This document shows positions 19,530 through 28,914 of a stretch of 64,000 nucleotides of DNA, in pieces. Every line of letters starts with the position of its first letter. Within the stretch, counting starts at the first letter, position 1. The position numbers were made by a program, and so were the translations under genes. Source of the DNA: Cenarchaeum sp. (GTDB lineage: Archaea > Thermoproteota > Nitrososphaeria > Nitrososphaerales > Nitrosopumilaceae); contig OY843584.1 of NCBI GenBank assembly GCA_963692915.1, positions 704,001 through 768,000 on the forward strand, given 5' to 3'. Under the pieces are notes generated by a model, which saw nothing but the letters and a program-made list of their open reading frames with translations, searched no databases and was not told the DNA's origin.

Positions 19530-21299
19530 ATGGAGTTCTCTGTCCTGTCTGACGCCTTTGGCCGCATGGAAAAGACGTCAAAGCGCACAGAGCTCACCGA
19601 GATACTCGTTGGCCTCCTCAAGTCCACGCCGACAGACACTGTTGCCAATGTCGTGTACATGCTGCAGGGAATGCTGCGGCCAGGATTTGACGGCATAGAG
19701 CTCGGCATTGCCGAAAAGTCGGCCATACGCGCCATAGCAAAGTCATCTGGCGCATCGGCCAACGAGGTCGAGCGCGCATACAAGAAAAAGGGCGACCTCG
19801 GCGTTGCCGCATCCGAGATACTCCAAAAAAAGACCCAGTCGACTCTAGCTGCGGCTGACATTACCGTTGAGCGCGTGTACGACACGCTAATGAAGATAGC
19901 AATGTCCGAGGGGGCGCGCTCGCAGGATCTCAAGGTCAGGTATGTCTCGAGCCTGCTCAATGACGCAAATGCGACGGAGGCCAAGTTTATCCTAAAGCTC
20001 CTTTTGGGGACTCTCAGGCTCGGAGTCGCCGGAAACACGATAATGGACGCACTAGCCATAGCGCACACGGGCTCAAAGGACGCGCGTGCCGAGATCGAGG
20101 CGGCATACAACGTGTCAAGTGACCTCGGTGCCGTGGCCGAGGCCGTTGCGCTCTCTGGCATTGATGGCATCAGGGCATTTGAGATCATGGTCCACCGACC
20201 CGTGCGCCCAATGCTCGCCGAGCGCGCAAGGAGCGAGGCCGAGGCGATAAAAAAGATGGGTGAGGAGTGCAGTGCCGAGTACAAGCTAGACGGCGAGCGC
20301 GCGCAGATACACATTGGCGAGGGGCGCGTGAGGGTCTTTTCGCGCAGCAACGAGGAGGTGACTAGGTTCTATCCGGACATTGTAGAGAGGATACCTGACG
20401 TCGTTGGCGCAAGTGAGGCCATACTAGAGGGCGAGGCAGTAGCGATGAACGCTGATCGCACGGAGTTTCTGCCGTTTCAGGAGCTCATGCACAGGCGCAA
20501 AAAGCATGGCGTTGACAGGGCAGTTCTAAAGTATCCAATAAGCGTCAACTTTTTTGATGTCCTGTATGTTGACGGTCAGGGAGTCCTAGACGAGCCGTAT
20601 TCAGAGAGGCGCGCGCGCCTCGAGGGAATCATAAAGCCCGATGATGGCGGGTTTGCGCGGTGCATACCGCGCGAGGTCGTGCGCACCGAGGCGGCGATCG
20701 CAGACTTTGTCGAGGAGAGCATTGCGGCAGGCTGCGAGGGAATAATGCTAAAGAGCCATGACTCACCGTACAAGGCCGGCTCGCGCGGCAGCCACTGGCT
20801 AAAGCTAAAGCGCGAGTACCGAAACGAGCTGGGCGACAGCCTGGACCTTGTCGTCATTGGCGGCTTTTTCGGGAGGGGCAGGCGGACCGGCTCGTACGGC
20901 ACGCTCCTCCTTGCGACATATGATGCCGACAGGGACGTGTTCTCGAGCATATGCAAGGTGGGCACGGGGTTTACTGACGAGGATCTTGACAGGCTGTACC
21001 AGATGCTCTCCCCGCGCGTGACGCTGAGGCGCGATGCGCGAGTCGAGAGCGGCCTGGAGCCTGACGTCTGGTTTGCCCCCGAGGTCGTCATAGAGGTAGT
21101 CGCCTCGGAGATCACGCTCAGCCCGACACACCTGTCGGCCATGGACGCAGTCAAGAAGGGCCATGGCATGGCCCTGCGGTTCCCAAAGTTCACTGGTCGC
21201 ATCCGCGAGGAAAAGTCCGCTGAGGACGCATCTAGCGGCGAGGAGGTCATCACGCTATATCGCGGTCAGGTAAAGTCCGCAGTCCAGGGCGGCGACTAG
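19530..21299 (+). CDS. lig: ATP-dependent DNA ligase
   Basis: EYKLDGERAQIH, EGEAV, EGIMLK, WLKLK, ALRFPKF. Confidence 0.97.
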   Translation: MEFSVLSDAFGRMEKTSKRTELTEILVGLLKSTPTDTVANVVYMLQGMLRPGFDGIELGIAEKSAIRAIAKSSGASANEVERAYKKKGDLGVAASEILQKKTQSTLAAADITVERVYDTLMKIAMSEGARSQDLKVRYVSSLLNDANATEAKFILKLLLGTLRLGVAGNTIMDALAIAHTGSKDARAEIEAAYNVSSDLGAVAEAVALSGIDGIRAFEIMVHRPVRPMLAERARSEAEAIKKMGEECSAEYKLDGERAQIHIGEGRVRVFSRSNEEVTRFYPDIVERIPDVVGASEAILEGEAVAMNADRTEFLPFQELMHRRKKHGVDRAVLKYPISVNFFDVLYVDGQGVLDEPYSERRARLEGIIKPDDGGFARCIPREVVRTEAAIADFVEESIAAGCEGIMLKSHDSPYKAGSRGSHWLKLKREYRNELGDSLDLVVIGGFFGRGRRTGSYGTLLLATYDADRDVFSSICKVGTGFTDEDLDRLYQMLSPRVTLRRDARVESGLEPDVWFAPEVVIEVVASEITLSPTHLSAMDAVKKGHGMALRFPKFTGRIREEKSAEDASSGEEVITLYRGQVKSAVQGGD

Positions 21300-21552
21300 A
21301 GCGCGCAACAGGCAGCACACCACAACGCGCAAGGACGGCACGCGGCAGTCCACAACTTGCCGGTGTGACAGTCATCACGCAGCAACATGCAGAGGGAACA
21401 GCACGGTGCTACCACAAGCGCAACGCATTCCCACACATTCACGCAACACGAAGGAGGAACGTGTGCGCAGGGTTCAGGAAGTGGCAAGGACTGTTTTGGA
21501 TCACACGAGGCATAGTGGACTATAACACATTCCGCAATCTTTTCTTGAAACA

Positions 21553-21933
21553 CTAGGTGGAACTCTCAAGATCATGCAATTTGCTTCGTAGTAATTTTAG
21601 CATATTCGGATCATCCTTATTCATAGCACGGTATAGATCATAGAGGTCGGGTTGGTGTTTTTCCAGATAACGAATGTTGCCAGAAGTCAATAGTCCCACA
21701 TATACATCATTAATTACCATGACATGGTTTGAGAGACCACGAGACCGCATCGTCACTATGAGTCGATGGTTTTCTCGCAATTCATTACACAGTATTCTAG
21801 TCAGACTTTGACGCATATCGCGCGTGTCCCAGTGTTTGCGGGCGAAATAGGCAACTGTGCCAAATACAACAGCCACAAAAATAGGATCGTTTAAAATTCC
21901 CCAAAGGTATTCTAGAATCATAATGATCACCAA
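21553..21933 (-). CDS. Hypothetical protein with N-terminal TM helix (accessory island)
   Basis: 126-aa ORF, AT-rich, overlaps the upstream gene. Confidence 0.6.
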   Translation of the reverse strand: MVIIMILEYLWGILNDPIFVAVVFGTVAYFARKHWDTRDMRQSLTRILCNELRENHRLIVTMRSRGLSNHVMVINDVYVGLLTSGNIRYLEKHQPDLYDLYRAMNKDDPNMLKLLRSKLHDLESST

Positions 21934-22214
21934 TACTGTTCAATAATTTGGGCTATGAGCTTGTCTTTGCTTTCTTCTGACAATAGCTGAACTATCCTTT
22001 TGGGATTTTGTGCAAAAGCAGGACGTTCGTTGAGATCTAGTCTGATGTCCGAGTCAGCCAGATCACGCAATGTAACGGCAAGAGATATGTCTGCATAATG
22101 TCCATAACCAGAAAATTTGTCTTTCATGTTGCTCGGATTGGCAACGCGAGCAGACAGTGAAATGTCGACTTTGTTTGTGTCATAGCCGCTAGCAAGATTT
22201 GCGTCTTTGGCCAT
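21927..22214 (-). CDS. Hypothetical protein (accessory island)
   Basis: ORF from MAKDAN immediately after the upstream stop; AT-rich. Confidence 0.55.
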   Translation of the reverse strand: MAKDANLASGYDTNKVDISLSARVANPSNMKDKFSGYGHYADISLAVTLRDLADSDIRLDLNERPAFAQNPKRIVQLLSEESKDKLIAQIIEQYW

Positions 22215-22215
22215 A

Positions 22216-22728
22216 CTAGCACCTGTCATCAGGAATCAACCCCTCTTTGCAAAGTGCTTTCCACATGGACTGGCACGTATCTTTGTTCACATCTTGTCCT
22301 TGCATTTTTTTCAGCACACGATCAAATATGGCCTGTTTAGACATTTTAGTGGTAATCACAAGCAAGTGTAATGACGAGGCGACTTCCAAACGAACAAGAT
22401 CAGTTGGCCCGTCCATGATGGAACCGATGAATTGGATGCAACGATCCAGCTTTTTTTGTTTGAGAGGGTCTACGAGTCTCACCTTTACACCATCTGGAAT
22501 TTCCCCATGAATCTCGGTCAGCTCGAATCCCGCCCTGGCCAGATTGGTGCAGTATGGCCCACGAAAGTACCAGGAAAACCCATATCCAAGATACACGTCA
22601 AAAGCCTCGATCATGTAGACCAGCTTTTGTAGGCGAAGTCTGTCTTCAAAGGTGTCCATCTTAAAGTCCGAGTGCGGTATGAGCTTTAAGATGTATCCCA
22701 GGACTGGGACGTTTGGCTCGACGATCAT
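22216..22728 (-). CDS. YwgA/Panacea(SocA)-like protein
   Basis: RLRLQKLVY..LGYGFSWYFRGPYC..LA and LEVASSLH motifs. Confidence 0.62.
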   Translation of the reverse strand: MIVEPNVPVLGYILKLIPHSDFKMDTFEDRLRLQKLVYMIEAFDVYLGYGFSWYFRGPYCTNLARAGFELTEIHGEIPDGVKVRLVDPLKQKKLDRCIQFIGSIMDGPTDLVRLEVASSLHLLVITTKMSKQAIFDRVLKKMQGQDVNKDTCQSMWKALCKEGLIPDDRC

Positions 22729-23250
22729 GCGCAGCCTCCCCTAGCGGTTGATGTGCCATGCGCACTATGGCATAGATTATGAATACTCGGCACTCCCATT
22801 ACAGGGTCACAGGGCGGGTGCTGGGATTTAAGCGTTAAGCGGATTCCCGAGAACTGCAGGCGCTCCGCCTAGACTATACCGTCAGGTCACGCACGGCAGA
22901 TGCCATAAAGGCCGTGAAGCTGCCAGGGCACGCACACGGCACAGATGAGGGCAAGCTGGCACCACGGCATGAAGGCACTCAAGGTCCCACACACAGCCTG
23001 TCTAGGCCCCGGACAGACCAATGACCCTGTGGTCCCCAGAACAGACGCATGATGAAGTCACGGTGGGCAGGGTCCCAACTGCTGCCAAGGACTCGCGAAA
23101 ACCACGGCTTTCCCACGGACGCCACACCCCAAGAGCCCACAGGAGCGCCGGCATGATTCACCCTGGCTGCCGATGACACCACGGGCGCTTGAGGGGCACC
23201 CCACCCGTCCGGCAAGGATTTAATTAGCCTCTCCTGCGCGCGTGCGCACG

Positions 23251-23904
23251 TTGTATAGTGGCGAGCTTGAGGTTCAGGCAAAGCGAAAGGCTGTCGCCGT
23301 CCTGCAGGACGAGATAAACCGCATCCTCAACGCCGCACGCGAGCTTGCCGACATGCCCAAGATGATGGCAAAAAAGGACAAGGCGGGCGTAAAGTCGGCC
23401 ATAGAGCAGATATCGGGGATCGAGGAGGAGGTCGAGACGCTGCGCCGCAAGATAACCCGCGAGGTCGCCGATGTGGGCGGCCTCATAATGAACCGCGAGA
23501 ACCTCCTCAACACCGCATACACGATGGACGAGATAGCCGGATATATCACGGGCATCGCATTCAAGCTCTCAAACATAAAGCCGGCAACGCTAAAGGTCGC
23601 AGGCCTAGGAGACGACATCACAAAGCTGATCGAGCTCGTAGTCGACGAGATATACAAGCTCAACGAGGTCATTCGCAGCCTCAGCACAAACACGGCAAAT
23701 GCCATAGAGCACGCGCAGGAGGCCCAGGCCATAGAGCGCGAGATCGACAAAATGTACCGCAACCTGACGATAAAGACGCTTGACGAGATCTCCAACACAA
23801 AGGAGATGCTCCTCATGAAGGACGTCATCGAGGGCATTGAAGAGATGGCCGACAAGTGCCAGCATGTCTCTGACTCGTTCATACTCTTGGCGCTGAGCCT
23901 CTAG
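23251..23904 (+). CDS. DUF47/PhoU-like helical protein
   Basis: Duplicated E..D helical motifs (IEEEVETLRR; IEREIDKMYR; EEMADKC). Confidence 0.8.
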   Translation: MYSGELEVQAKRKAVAVLQDEINRILNAARELADMPKMMAKKDKAGVKSAIEQISGIEEEVETLRRKITREVADVGGLIMNRENLLNTAYTMDEIAGYITGIAFKLSNIKPATLKVAGLGDDITKLIELVVDEIYKLNEVIRSLSTNTANAIEHAQEAQAIEREIDKMYRNLTIKTLDEISNTKEMLLMKDVIEGIEEMADKCQHVSDSFILLALSL

Positions 23905-23905
23905 C

Positions 23906-24442
23906 ATGAGGGCAGAGCTCGTAGACGGCAGGGTTGTCGTGTGGAATCCCGATGATGCAGCCCGCCTCTTTGAGTCCGGCTATTACGGAAAGCCAATAGG
24001 AATTCCAAAGCCAAAGCCCGGCGAGATCAACGTTCCGCTAATACTCGACCTCTTTGAGGCGCGCTATCTCGAGGAGCGCGGACTGATAGCAGTGTACGAG
24101 GGCGCGCGGCGCGTCTCGCGCAAGTCCCTCCTCGGGGCGTGCAGGGACAACCATGCCGGATTTGACACAAAGTATGCAGTCTATACCGACTTTAGGGACA
24201 AGGGATACATTGTTACGACTGGCATAAAGTTTGGGTGTGACTTTGCAGTCTATGAGCGCGGGCCGGGAATAGACCATGCGCCATACCTTGTCCAGGCCCA
24301 TGCGCGCGGTGATGCCATAACGGCGACTGGAACGGTCCTCGCGGGCCGGCTTGCGACGACTGTGCGAAAGCAGTTCATACTGGCAATGCCGGACAGGCGC
24401 GGCGGTGTTGCGCTAGTTGCGCTTGACTGGTGGAAGGCCTAG
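23906..24442 (+). CDS. endA: tRNA-splicing endonuclease, catalytic (alpha) subunit
   Basis: GIKFGCDFAVY, GIDHAPY, RLATTVRK with Tyr/His/Lys triad; YGKPIGIPKPK loop. Confidence 0.93.
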   Translation: MRAELVDGRVVVWNPDDAARLFESGYYGKPIGIPKPKPGEINVPLILDLFEARYLEERGLIAVYEGARRVSRKSLLGACRDNHAGFDTKYAVYTDFRDKGYIVTTGIKFGCDFAVYERGPGIDHAPYLVQAHARGDAITATGTVLAGRLATTVRKQFILAMPDRRGGVALVALDWWKA

Positions 24443-24828
24443 GCTGCCTTTACGTGGCCCGCGATGCGGTCATAGACGTCAAACTCCTCGCGCGTCACGC
24501 CAAACTCGTGCGATGCCCTCCACGCGCCATGAATCCGGACTCCCGAGTCAGTCGGCTCGACGAATATGTCTGCCCCGCTGGTGCCCCTCCTTGCGATCAT
24601 CTCGTTGAGCTCGCCGTCGGCGTTTAGCGTGTCAGCAAGCGCTCCGGCCCCTGACCACCTGACCCCCGTGATGCGCCTTGAGCCACAGTGGCCCTCAGTG
24701 GAGACGACTGTGCGCGCCGCGAGCGTGTGCGAGTCAGGCCCGTCATCACGCCTCACGACATAGTGGGCCTGAAACCTGTCCATTGCGCCCCACGGCATTA
24801 CGCTTGGATCTTGTCCCATCATCATCAC
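24439..24828 (-). CDS. Hypothetical protein
   Basis: Full ORF with host-like codon usage, coupled to the upstream ORF. Confidence 0.65.
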   Translation of the reverse strand: MMMMGQDPSVMPWGAMDRFQAHYVVRRDDGPDSHTLAARTVVSTEGHCGSRRITGVRWSGAGALADTLNADGELNEMIARRGTSGADIFVEPTDSGVRIHGAWRASHEFGVTREEFDVYDRIAGHVKAA

Positions 24829-25061
24829 CCTTTTTGCACGATATGAACCGCGTCAATGTTTGTTCCCGAGACCTCGAGGCTTCCCCTGTTGGTCACCATT
24901 CGCGGCGTGCCAGAAAAGACACGCGAGTAATAGTCACCGCCCTCGACGTCTCCGGAGGCCAGGTCGTTTGGCGTCGACTCGACACCAATGCCGGCCAGCT
25001 TGGAGCAAAACTCCTCTGGGCGCGTCATGCGCACAAACGTGTCAGGCTCGTCGTCATGCAC
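24825..25061 (-). CDS. Hypothetical protein
   Basis: Probable GTG start (VHDDEPDTF); 4-nt stop/start overlap with the next gene. Confidence 0.6.
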   Translation of the reverse strand: MHDDEPDTFVRMTRPEEFCSKLAGIGVESTPNDLASGDVEGGDYYSRVFSGTPRMVTNRGSLEVSGTNIDAVHIVQKG

Positions 25062-25336
25062 GCGCGCACGTGCCCAACCCCCCACAAATAAACATTGACG
25101 ACCCTTCAGGCTCGGGATCGCACGCGCGCCCAAGCCCGCCACAGGGCACTCGCCTGCAGGCACGCATTACCTGGGATGCCCCAGTCGGCGCCCCCGTGGG
25201 TGACCCCGCCCCATGCGGGCTCCCCCCAGGCCGCCGACGCTGGGGGTGCTGCGGGCCAGACCCCCCAGTGCCCCCACCGGCTCCCCTGGAGCCATTTCCC
25301 CCTAGGGCGCACATAGGCGTGATTTGTGAGAAGTGC

Positions 25337-25344
25337 TTTTATAA
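25337..25344 (+). promoter_or_regulatory. Putative TATA box for tbp
   Basis: GAGAAGTGC-TTTTATAA ~23 nt before ATG 25367. Confidence 0.55.
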
Positions 25345-25366
25345 TAGTGTCGGGGGGTTGGCTCTC

Positions 25367-25924
25367 ATGCCGCAGTCAAAGCCAGTGGTAAGCATAGAGA
25401 ACGTCGTGGCCTCAGCCTCTGTCGACCAAAAGATGGACCTCAACGAGATCACAAAACGCTTCCCTGACGTAGAGTACCATCCTGACCAGTTCCCCGGCCT
25501 CGTCTTTAGGCTCACGAGCCCAAAGACGGCGACGCTCATATTCACGTCAGGCAAGATGGTCTGCACCGGCTCCAAATCCGAAGAGATGGCCCGCAAGGCC
25601 GTAAAGACCGTCGTGCAGCAGCTCAGGGCAGGCGGAATTCCAGTTAAAAAGGAGGCAGTCGTCGAGATTCAGAATATAGTCGCGTCGATAAACCTCGGCG
25701 GCAAGATACACCTAGAGGAGGCCGCAAGAACGCTGCCTCGCAGCATGTACGAGCCAGAGCAGTTCCCCGGCCTCATACACCGCATGCTCGACCCAAAGAC
25801 TGTCATACTGCTCTTCTCCTCGGGCAAGCTAGTCTGCACGGGCGCAAAAAAGGAGCCAGACGTGAACAGGGCCGTGAACAACCTGCACGCGCTCCTAGAG
25901 GAAAAGAACCTCATGATATACTGA
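25367..25924 (+). CDS. tbp: TATA-box binding protein
   Basis: Two repeats: ENVVAS..YHPDQFPGLVFR..LIFTSGKMVCTG and QNIVAS..YEPEQFPGL..LFSSGKLVCTG. Confidence 0.98.
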   Translation: MPQSKPVVSIENVVASASVDQKMDLNEITKRFPDVEYHPDQFPGLVFRLTSPKTATLIFTSGKMVCTGSKSEEMARKAVKTVVQQLRAGGIPVKKEAVVEIQNIVASINLGGKIHLEEAARTLPRSMYEPEQFPGLIHRMLDPKTVILLFSSGKLVCTGAKKEPDVNRAVNNLHALLEEKNLMIY

Positions 25925-26022
25925 GTATATAATCTCGTTTTAAATACCAGATATTCCAGGCGTGACGAGTATATAACGGGCACGCAAACCATATTTAACG
26001 CGTTGAGCACACGTAGCCTGCG

Positions 26023-26445
26023 ATGACAAAGATACACTGCGAGTCGGTGATCAATGCCCCGGCCGATGCCGTGTGGGAGATAATATCGGACATAGACTCC
26101 GAGCCTGACCACTGGAAGGGCACAAAGTCGATTAAAAACGTCTCAAGGGAGGGCAACGTGACGACAAGGGAGGTCACGCTTGCCTTTCGCGACAAGGTGT
26201 GCGGCCAGCGTGTCACGCTCGAGCCGCGCAGCACCGTCAGGGCAGAGTTCACCAGCGGGATCGTCAGCGGGACAAAGGTCGTGCATGTGCGCGCCGACGG
26301 CGAGTCGCGCGCAGTCATCGAGGCCACGTGGGACATCGGAATACGCGGCATGATGGCAATGTTTGCGCCAATGCTCGCATCACACGTGAAATCTGGAACT
26401 GAAAAGGCACTAGAGTCCATAAGGCTTGCAGCCGAGTCACGATGA
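26023..26445 (+). CDS. SRPBCC/START-fold (cyclase/dehydrase-like) protein
   Basis: INAPADAVWEIISD...W N-terminal signature. Confidence 0.8.
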   Translation: MTKIHCESVINAPADAVWEIISDIDSEPDHWKGTKSIKNVSREGNVTTREVTLAFRDKVCGQRVTLEPRSTVRAEFTSGIVSGTKVVHVRADGESRAVIEATWDIGIRGMMAMFAPMLASHVKSGTEKALESIRLAAESR

Positions 26446-27656
26446 GCGAGCTTGCCGTCATGGCCGTCCATGCGCTCCTAGCGGCCATAATGTGCGGCGT
26501 GGCCGCCACATGGATATGGCTGATCGTCTGCATGCGCCGCACGTTCACGCAGACCCCGCTCCTCGGCGAGTGCGGCGCGCCGGCAGAGTCACCCCTCGTC
26601 TCGGTCATACTGCCGGCAAGAAACGAGGAGGGCTATATCGACGCGTGCGTCTCGTCGCTGCGCGAGCAGGACTATGCCAACTATGAGGTGATCGCCATAG
26701 ATGACTCGTCCGAGGACGCGACGGCGAGTATCATCGCGCGCCATGCCGCCGAGGACCCAAGGGTTCGCCACGTGAGCGCGCGCGCAAAGCCTGACGGGTG
26801 GGCCGGCAAGAGCTGGGCCTGCTCAGAGGGGTATGCGGCTGCGCGCGGCGAGCTGCTCCTGTTCACCGATGCTGACACCATCCACTCGCGCACGGCAATC
26901 TCGGCGGCAGTGGCCGACCTGACCGGCCTGGGCCTCGATGCGCTGACAGTCATGCCGAGAATGCGCTGCGTGGATCCGTGGGCGAGGGTATCACTGCCGG
27001 TGATATCCGTCTTCCTGCACACGCGCTTTTCGGCCCTAAAGGTCAACAGCGCGTCGAGCACAATGGGCTACTTTTTTGGGAGCTTTTTCATGATGCCGCG
27101 CTCGTCCTATGAGGCCCTGGGCACGCACGGCGCCGTCAGGGGCGAGATAGTCGAGGACGGCGCGCTGGGCCGCCTCGCAAAGGCAGCAGGCATGCGCATA
27201 AGGATGGTTCGCGGCGAGGGCGCAGTCAGCGCAGTCTGGTCACGCGACCTCGGCACGCTCTGGAACGCGCTAAAGCGCCTCATGGTTCCGCTATACCTGC
27301 AGGTGGGCCGGCTCGCAGTCGGCATGCTAGTCGGTGTCGCATTTGTACTGCTAGTGCCCTTTGTGAGCCTTGCATACTCGGCGGTGGCGGCCAGCGCCGG
27401 AGTGGCCGGTGCTGCCGCACTCTTTGGCACATCGCTTGTGGCGTCGATCCTGGCAGGCGTCGGTGCCGCATACGAGACGCGCTTTTTGGGAACGAGGATG
27501 CGCGACGCGCTAGGCTCGCCGCTCGGCGGCCTCATCATAACGCTGGGCCTGCTAGCCGGAATACTCGGGGCGCGCTCTAGGGAGTCAGTCTCCTGGAGGG
27601 GCAGGTCGTATGAGATTAGCCGCATAATGGGCGAGTCAGGCGGGCCATACACGTAG
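26442..27656 (+). CDS. Family 2 glycosyltransferase, membrane-bound
   Basis: PARNEE, DDSSED, GWAGK, FTDAD, IVEDG, WRGR motifs. Confidence 0.88.
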   Translation: MSELAVMAVHALLAAIMCGVAATWIWLIVCMRRTFTQTPLLGECGAPAESPLVSVILPARNEEGYIDACVSSLREQDYANYEVIAIDDSSEDATASIIARHAAEDPRVRHVSARAKPDGWAGKSWACSEGYAAARGELLLFTDADTIHSRTAISAAVADLTGLGLDALTVMPRMRCVDPWARVSLPVISVFLHTRFSALKVNSASSTMGYFFGSFFMMPRSSYEALGTHGAVRGEIVEDGALGRLAKAAGMRIRMVRGEGAVSAVWSRDLGTLWNALKRLMVPLYLQVGRLAVGMLVGVAFVLLVPFVSLAYSAVAASAGVAGAAALFGTSLVASILAGVGAAYETRFLGTRMRDALGSPLGGLIITLGLLAGILGARSRESVSWRGRSYEISRIMGESGGPYT

Positions 27657-27711
27657 GAACCGCGCGTGTGCCGGCAAGACTTTTAGCAATATGCGCGCCA
27701 GACCCAGTGCG

Positions 27712-28902
27712 ATGAGCAGGCTGGAGAGCACCGCTGCCGGAGTCACCGGAGTAGTCATTGTCGCAATAGCCATACTCGTGGCCCTGATCCCGCAGGCCGA
27801 CGTTCCCGTGTCGCCCGCGCCCGGAGAGCTCGGCGTTCCGGCGCCTCCGCGCGCGGTTCCCGAGCCGCGAGTCGTGCCCGTCGAGCCGATCGCGCGCGTG
27901 CCCGGCGGGACGATCGCACTTGAGAGCATATTTGAGCGCGTCGAGGGCGGCGTCGTGAGCGTTCGCGTAATCTCGCCAGACGAGGAGTCCAGGGGTGGCG
28001 GCTCGGGCTCGGGGTTTGTCCATGACGCGCAGGGCCACATCATAACGAATGAGCACGTCGTCGACGAGGGCGGAAAAATCACCGTGACGTTCCTTGACGG
28101 GCGCTCGTACAACGCCGAGATCGTCGGAGTCGACACGTTTACCGACATTGCCGTGATAAAGGCAGATTCAGGTCCGGTGCTCCTGCAGCCACTGCCCATT
28201 GGAGACTCGTCAGTCCTAAGGGTGGGCGAGCCCGTGGCGGCGATAGGAAACCCGTTTGGCCTCTCGGGCTCGATGACATCCGGAATTGTCAGCCAGCTCG
28301 GCAGGCTGCTGCCGGTGCAGGAGAGTGACTTTTCCATTCCCGACATCATACAGACTGACGCGCCAATAAATCCCGGAAACTCTGGCGGGCCGCTCCTAAA
28401 TGCCGGAGGCGAGGTGATTGGCATGAACACTGCAATACAGACAAACACCGGACAGTTTGTCGGGATTGGCTTTGCGATTCCTTCGCAGACCATCTCAAAG
28501 GTCGTTCCGCGCCTCATAACTGACGGCGAGTATCGCCATCCGTGGATCGGCGTCTCGGGAATCGACATATACCCTGACCTTGCGCAGACCCTCGGCCTAG
28601 AGGACTCGCGCGGGTTTTTGATATCGGGTGTTGCCAGGGGAGGGCCGGCTGACAGGGGAGGCCTGCAGGGGAGCAGCGCGATAGTCGAGATCAACGGCGC
28701 GCCCGTCTCTATCGGAGGCGACATCATACTTGCCGTGGACGGCATCGACGTCAGAAAGATAGACGACATACTCATACACCTGCAGCGTGAAAAGGCCGTT
28801 GGCGACTCGATATCGCTCAGGGTCCTGCGTGATGGCGATGAGCGCCTCGTCACGCTCACGCTAGACGAGAGGCCGCGCGTAGAGGACGCGCCCTTGAGAT
28901 AA
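27712..28902 (+). CDS. HtrA/DegP-family serine protease with PDZ domain
   Basis: GSGF, TNEHV, DIAV, QTDAPINPGNSGGPL; N-terminal TM; C-terminal PDZ. Confidence 0.93.
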   Translation: MSRLESTAAGVTGVVIVAIAILVALIPQADVPVSPAPGELGVPAPPRAVPEPRVVPVEPIARVPGGTIALESIFERVEGGVVSVRVISPDEESRGGGSGSGFVHDAQGHIITNEHVVDEGGKITVTFLDGRSYNAEIVGVDTFTDIAVIKADSGPVLLQPLPIGDSSVLRVGEPVAAIGNPFGLSGSMTSGIVSQLGRLLPVQESDFSIPDIIQTDAPINPGNSGGPLLNAGGEVIGMNTAIQTNTGQFVGIGFAIPSQTISKVVPRLITDGEYRHPWIGVSGIDIYPDLAQTLGLEDSRGFLISGVARGGPADRGGLQGSSAIVEINGAPVSIGGDIILAVDGIDVRKIDDILIHLQREKAVGDSISLRVLRDGDERLVTLTLDERPRVEDAPLR

Positions 28903-28914
28903 ATACGGCAGGCA

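Noticed and set aside
24860-25366. Pro-rich N-terminal extension of TBP
   Set aside because: Overlaps an opposite-strand gene and a C-rich spacer; a TATA box precedes ATG 25367
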